Of a stretch of DNA of 64,000 bases, positions 46,467 to 64,000 are shown in pieces; within the stretch, counting starts at the first letter, position 1, and each line of letters starts with the position of its first letter. The stretch comes from Salpingoeca rosetta (Eukaryota > Protista > Choanoflagellata). The notes beneath the pieces are model-generated. The model did not search any database, was not told where the DNA came from, and was given only the letters and a program-made list of their open reading frames with translations. The position numbers were made by a program, and so were the translations under genes. The stretch lies in NCBI GenBank assembly GCA_033442325.1, contig JAWQFM010000009.1, forward strand, positions 1,614,297 through 1,678,296. Reading direction: 5' to 3'.

Positions 46467-46728
46467 TTGATCGCTGCCTTCTGCCTGGCTGGCAAGCTGC
46501 CTGACTGGCTGGTTCGCAGGGATGTAGGTTGTTGTTGCTGTTGTTGGAGGTGGGAGCAGCGAGGCCCAGGATGACGACCTTGTTTCGTTGTTGTCGTTGT
46601 GTGTGGGGCGGGAGATGTTTGGGGTGTTCGGGTGTTGTGTTGCTGTTGGAAGAATTGATGGAAATTATGACGAATAATCGCAAATTCACTGACGTGGTGC
46701 AAAGAGGACTCGTCGCTTGCTTGGCTTG

Positions 46729-46730
46729 TG

Positions 46731-46785
<55 letters not shown>

Positions 46786-46846
46786 GGCGTTGTTGTTGTT
46801 GTTGTTGTTGTTGTTGGCGTTGTTGTTGTTGTTGTTGTTGTTGTTG
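46729..46846 (+). repeat. (TTG)n microsatellite
   Basis: Directly visible, with two GCG interruptions. Confidence 0.95.
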
Positions 46847-47092
46847 TCGCTTCAGACCCTTCCATCTTCCCTGCAATCCCTCCTTTCCCTGCTTCTCACC
46901 TCCCTTTCTCGTCTCTCCCTCCTCCCTTCACCACACGCCTACGTACTGACACGGCTACATGTGTATGTCTGTATCAGCACGCAAACCGGAAAGCAAAAGC
47001 ATACACAGCGATCCAGCGGCAGCAACAAGAAAGAAGAGAGTAGAGTAGAGGGGGGGGGAGGCGACAGATGGGGTGGACGGTGCGCCATGTCT

Positions 47093-47684
47093 CTAAGCAG
47101 AGATGACCATGGCATCCACAGCGGCAGTCTGTGGCAGATGCGACATCCTCTCAGCCCATTTCTGAGTGTGTGTGAGTGTGAGTGAGTTGAGTGAGTGAGT
47201 GAGTGAGTGTGTATGTGTGTGAGTGAGTGTATGTGCGTGTGAGTGAGTGTGTGAGAATGAGTGTGAGAGAGAGAATGAGTGAGTGTGGACACACAGCGAG
47301 GGAAGTGTCTTGGAACCCCCCCCCAAAAAAAAACCCCCCACACACGCAACGCACAGAACACACACCTTGATGTTTGAAGGGAGGGAGAGGCTTGGGTCGT
47401 GGGTGGCGGCCCAGAGGCATGCATCGGCAACTGTAAAGTCAGAGCCGCACAGGAAACCCGTCTGCAAGCATGTGTGTGTGTGTGTGTGAATGTGAATGTG
47501 AATGTGTGTGTGAATGTATGTATGGGAGTGTTGGGCGACGGTAGAAAGCATCAGTGGCAGTCTCAGAATGAGCTGAGTGCGGGAATCAGTTGGAGCAGGA
47601 GCAGAAGCAGGGGCAGCAGGTTGTCTCAGCATCAGCACACTCAACCACACGTGCATACAGAAACAGTACAACGCACACGCACAC

Positions 47685-47762
<78 letters not shown>

Positions 47763-48163
47763 CACGGGTGTGCTTGGTGCTGACNNNNNNNNNNNNNNNN
47801 NNNNNNNNNNNNNNNNNNNNNNNNNNNNNNNNNNNNNNNNNNNNNNNNNNNNNNNNNNNNNNNNNNNNNNNNNNNNNNNNNNNNCCCCCCCAACACTCCC
47901 GTCGAGCATCGTATGTTGTTATATCATACATCTTATATATATGTATTGCCCTGTGTGGGTCGGAGTTATCTCTCTCTGACATTGGTGATTTTAGATTTAT
48001 CCTCTATGAGACATATATATTTTTTGTATGTCTCGCGTCAGTTATAGATATATTCACTATATGTAAATGGAGCTATACACCTATAGATTTATAACTTTGT
48101 ATTATTATACATATTTGAAGGGGTATTTATTGTTTGTTATCGTGCTGCGCTCTCACACATGCA

Positions 48164-48224
<61 letters not shown>

Positions 48225-49115
48225 GCACACACACACACACACGCACGCACGCACACACACACACACAAACACATAGACGCAAATACACACATGTATGCGT
48301 ACCGTCGTTTGCCCAGATGATTGTGAGGCGAAGGTCGCAATCAGCCTGGAGAGAGGAAAAGAGGGCAGGCGTGAGTACAGATGTCAGCACCACCAGGACG
48401 AACACAAACACAGGTTAGCGTGCTCGACCGCCAGCTCTTACACAGAGGTACACAGAGACACAACTACGCTGAGGCAGACAGACAGACGCACACACATTAA
48501 CATACAGACGCACATACACATACATACACGTGAACGCATGCACGCACCGATGCGCATGGCCCGGTGGGCTTGAAGCTGTCTGGAGCAGCACCCAGGCTGG
48601 AGTGCCAGAACTGTGGTGTGCAGACATTGAGTCCCTGGGCCTGCATACACCACATGCAACAGCAAGCCAAGAGCGGACGAGCGTGCGTATTTCGTCAGAA
48701 ACCAATCCCAATATCAGAGGCGCACTCACTCGTAAGCAGTTTCAAGTTGACATGTTCTTCACCTCATCGTCCATTGCTTGCCCTCTTCACCACACCTCAT
48801 CCTACTGCACACCCACGCTTCACACGGCGTTGTTTCAAGGCACCTTCAGCTGCTCCACAAGGAGAAGTGTGGCGTAAGGAGGGTTGGAGGGCTTGCAGCG
48901 CACGACAACGGACATGCCTTTGATCTTGGCAGCCTGATCCGCGCCAGGCTGCACCTGACCATGCTTGCCCTGTTGATGTGTGCACGCATGTATGCAGACG
49001 AAATGAGATGCAAGAAGTGAGATGCACGAAATGAGATGGCGAGTTGTCACGCTCATGCGCATCCATGCGGGCGTGCACACCATTGCACTCATGCACGTTC
49101 TCACGCAACAACAAG

Positions 49116-49168
<53 letters not shown>

Positions 49169-49630
49169 GCACACGCGCGCGCGCGCGCGCACACACAAAC
49201 ACCTGTTTCGCTGCAGAGGGGGCCGTTGGAGCGGCACCCGTGGGGCCGACGCCCAGGAGCGAGTTTGTCATGGTCAGCAGATGCTGAAGGTTGGCCAAGT
49301 TCTTCATCTGGCGCTGATACAGACGGCCGCGGCGGTCGTTGGGGAGCTAACACAGCAACACACGGCATGTACATACGCGCGCAAGCGAGTGAGTGTCATC
49401 TCTGAGCTCGGAACCATAACTGAAGCATGGACCAAGACGCTGTCACCACCACCACCAACACGCACATTCACACACATACAAACACACTCTCACACAGACG
49501 CAGCTACCTTGGGCTGCTGCCCCTGCTCGGTGCTTGGGACGTTGATAAGGGGGTCCATGCGGTACATGACATCTGTCACAGGAGGCTGTGGCTCCTGGTA
49601 CATGGCATCTGCCTTGTACATGCTGCCCAT
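47093..49630 (-). CDS. AIMP2: AIMP2 (p38/JTV1)-like scaffold of the multi-aminoacyl-tRNA-synthetase complex; multi-exon, spans an N-gap
   Basis: '[19 protein letters not shown]' (cf. AIMP2 MYxVxPY..CMYRL), a zipper '[15 protein letters not shown]', '[17 protein letters not shown]' (cf. IVINANPASPPLSLL), 'FWHSS', 'LRLTIIWAN' and a GST-C region '[23 protein letters not shown]|KWAERM'. Confidence 0.75.
47785..47884. other. Assembly gap (N run)
   Basis: N characters. Confidence 1.
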
Positions 49631-50446
49631 GGTGGGTGGTTGTGTGTGTGTGAAAGGGGAGGAGAGCGTGTGGTGACTGGTTGGTTACACAAGTGCTGCG
49701 GCTGCACATGGATCGTGAAAATTGACAAAACCTTTGCCCAATATTCTAGCCAAAAGCAACGCTGGTGCAGAAGGGACTGCACACTGGCTGCTTGCGTTGC
49801 GTGTGTCTGTCAGGTCTGTGTTCTCCTCTCCACGCGTCGTGTTCTGTTTACGCCTTGCACACCACACATGTGACATGACTCAGGACTCACGTCCTCTCGC
49901 GTCCGTACCGTGATATCGTACCGCCAACTCCTTTCATTTCCTTTCTTCACATGATAAGAAAACAACAACTTGGAACAACAGACGCCACTTCCAAGAAGCA
50001 GGAACAACACCACCAGGCAAGCAAGCAAGCAACAAGCAAGCAGGCAGACACACTGACACGCACCACTGCACCAGCACAGCACACCACCACAACTGCACTG
50101 AACTGCACGCAAAGAAAAGCAGGGCAATCAACAGAGACGGAAGCACGCGAGACATGAGGGCTTCTCAGCAATAGGAAGGCAGCAACAACAAAGCACGCAG
50201 AATGACAAGCACGACGCAAGAACACACCACACCGGTTCGGGTGGATGGTAACGGCCGACGCAAAGGCAAAGGACAACGACGACAAGCAAGAGCAAAGAAA
50301 GAAACACCACAGCAGGTGCAGCCAACAGCAACACAACAGCCACAGCAAACAAGTCAGCGTTTAAGCAGCGGGCTGTGGTGGAGCGAATCTCAAAGAACCG
50401 CGTTCACACACGCCCACAGTTGCCACGCTTGCTTGCATTCGTGTGC

Positions 50447-58362
<7,916 letters not shown>

Positions 58363-58812
58363 AACCCCTTCTGTGTGTGTGTCTGCGTGCGTGCGTGTGC
58401 GCGCGTTGACGACGAGGGTAAGCAAGTGCGGAGAAGTGCCTTGCTTTTGTGCGTGTGTGTGAGCGCCAGCTAGTTGGCTACTAGCTTGATCGCCCCTGCA
58501 GGTATTGACTGTTGGTTGGCTGGCTCTCTTCTGCTGCTGATGCCTCAACTCCACGCTCGCAGTCTGCTACACACACAACCGTTGGCAGCCACACAGGCAG
58601 GTGGATGGATGCGTCGTTCACCGTTGTGGTTGTGTATTGTTTGAGAGCGCAAGCGCTTGGCTTCTTTCTTGCTTGCTTCGCTTTTTGCCTTGCCTTGCCT
58701 TGCTTGCATGCAAACCGCTGCGAAACAACGGAACTCGCGGCAGTCAGGATTCGGTGGCGAAGGCTACACAAAACTTAATTTATCATGTCGCTTACAAATT
58801 TGCGTTGTGGTG

Positions 58813-58869
<57 letters not shown>

Positions 58870-58965
58870 GTTGTGTGTGTATGTGTGTGTGTTGGTGAAC
58901 GCTCACGCTTGCACCACGCTGGCCGCCTCACTTTCCTTTCACTCCCCCCTTTCCTGCCTCACTCA

Positions 58966-63874
<4,909 letters not shown>

Positions 63875-63955
63875 CCTGCGGGGTGCGTGCGCGTGTATGT
63901 ATGTGTGTGTGTGTGTGTGTGAGAGAGTGAGTGTGCGTGTGTGTGTGAGTGAGTG

Positions 63956-64000
<45 letters not shown>

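Noticed and set aside
47885-48140. Abruptly AT-rich segment that could look like foreign DNA
   Set aside because: It directly abuts an N-gap next to a long microsatellite, so it is most likely low-quality read-end sequence.

Overview
This is eukaryotic, GC-rich, intron-dense genomic DNA. Its introns and intergenic spacers are full of (CA)n/(GT)n microsatellites, and there are three N-gaps. Style and gene content suggest a choanoflagellate, probably Salpingoeca rosetta (inference, not verified). Most ORF-track entries are repeat artefacts, so genes were rebuilt by hand from GT-AG exons. Gene order: NAA60-like acetyltransferase (-, partial); RasGAP/RanBP2-zinc-finger protein (+); NAA38/LSm (-); UFD2/UBE4 U-box ligase (-); DTL/Cdt2-like WD40 (+); unknown gene (-); small Cys-rich ORF A (-); degenerate AAA+ ATPase (-); tRNA-Ala(TGC) (+); intronless bacterial-type ZIP transporter (+); small Cys-rich ORFs B (-) and C (+); C2/VASt membrane protein ending in KDEL (-); AIMP2-like (-); dystrophin-like WW-EF-ZZ protein with a C-terminal CH-like domain (-); DNA ligase IV (-, partial). 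The most novel-looking element is the set of three intronless 116-141 aa ORFs. They share an N-terminal 'FCP' motif and a C-terminal 'FCxxC' Cys cluster, and two of them also share upstream DNA motifs. Coordinates of multi-exon genes are outer bounds, and some internal exon boundaries are approximate.
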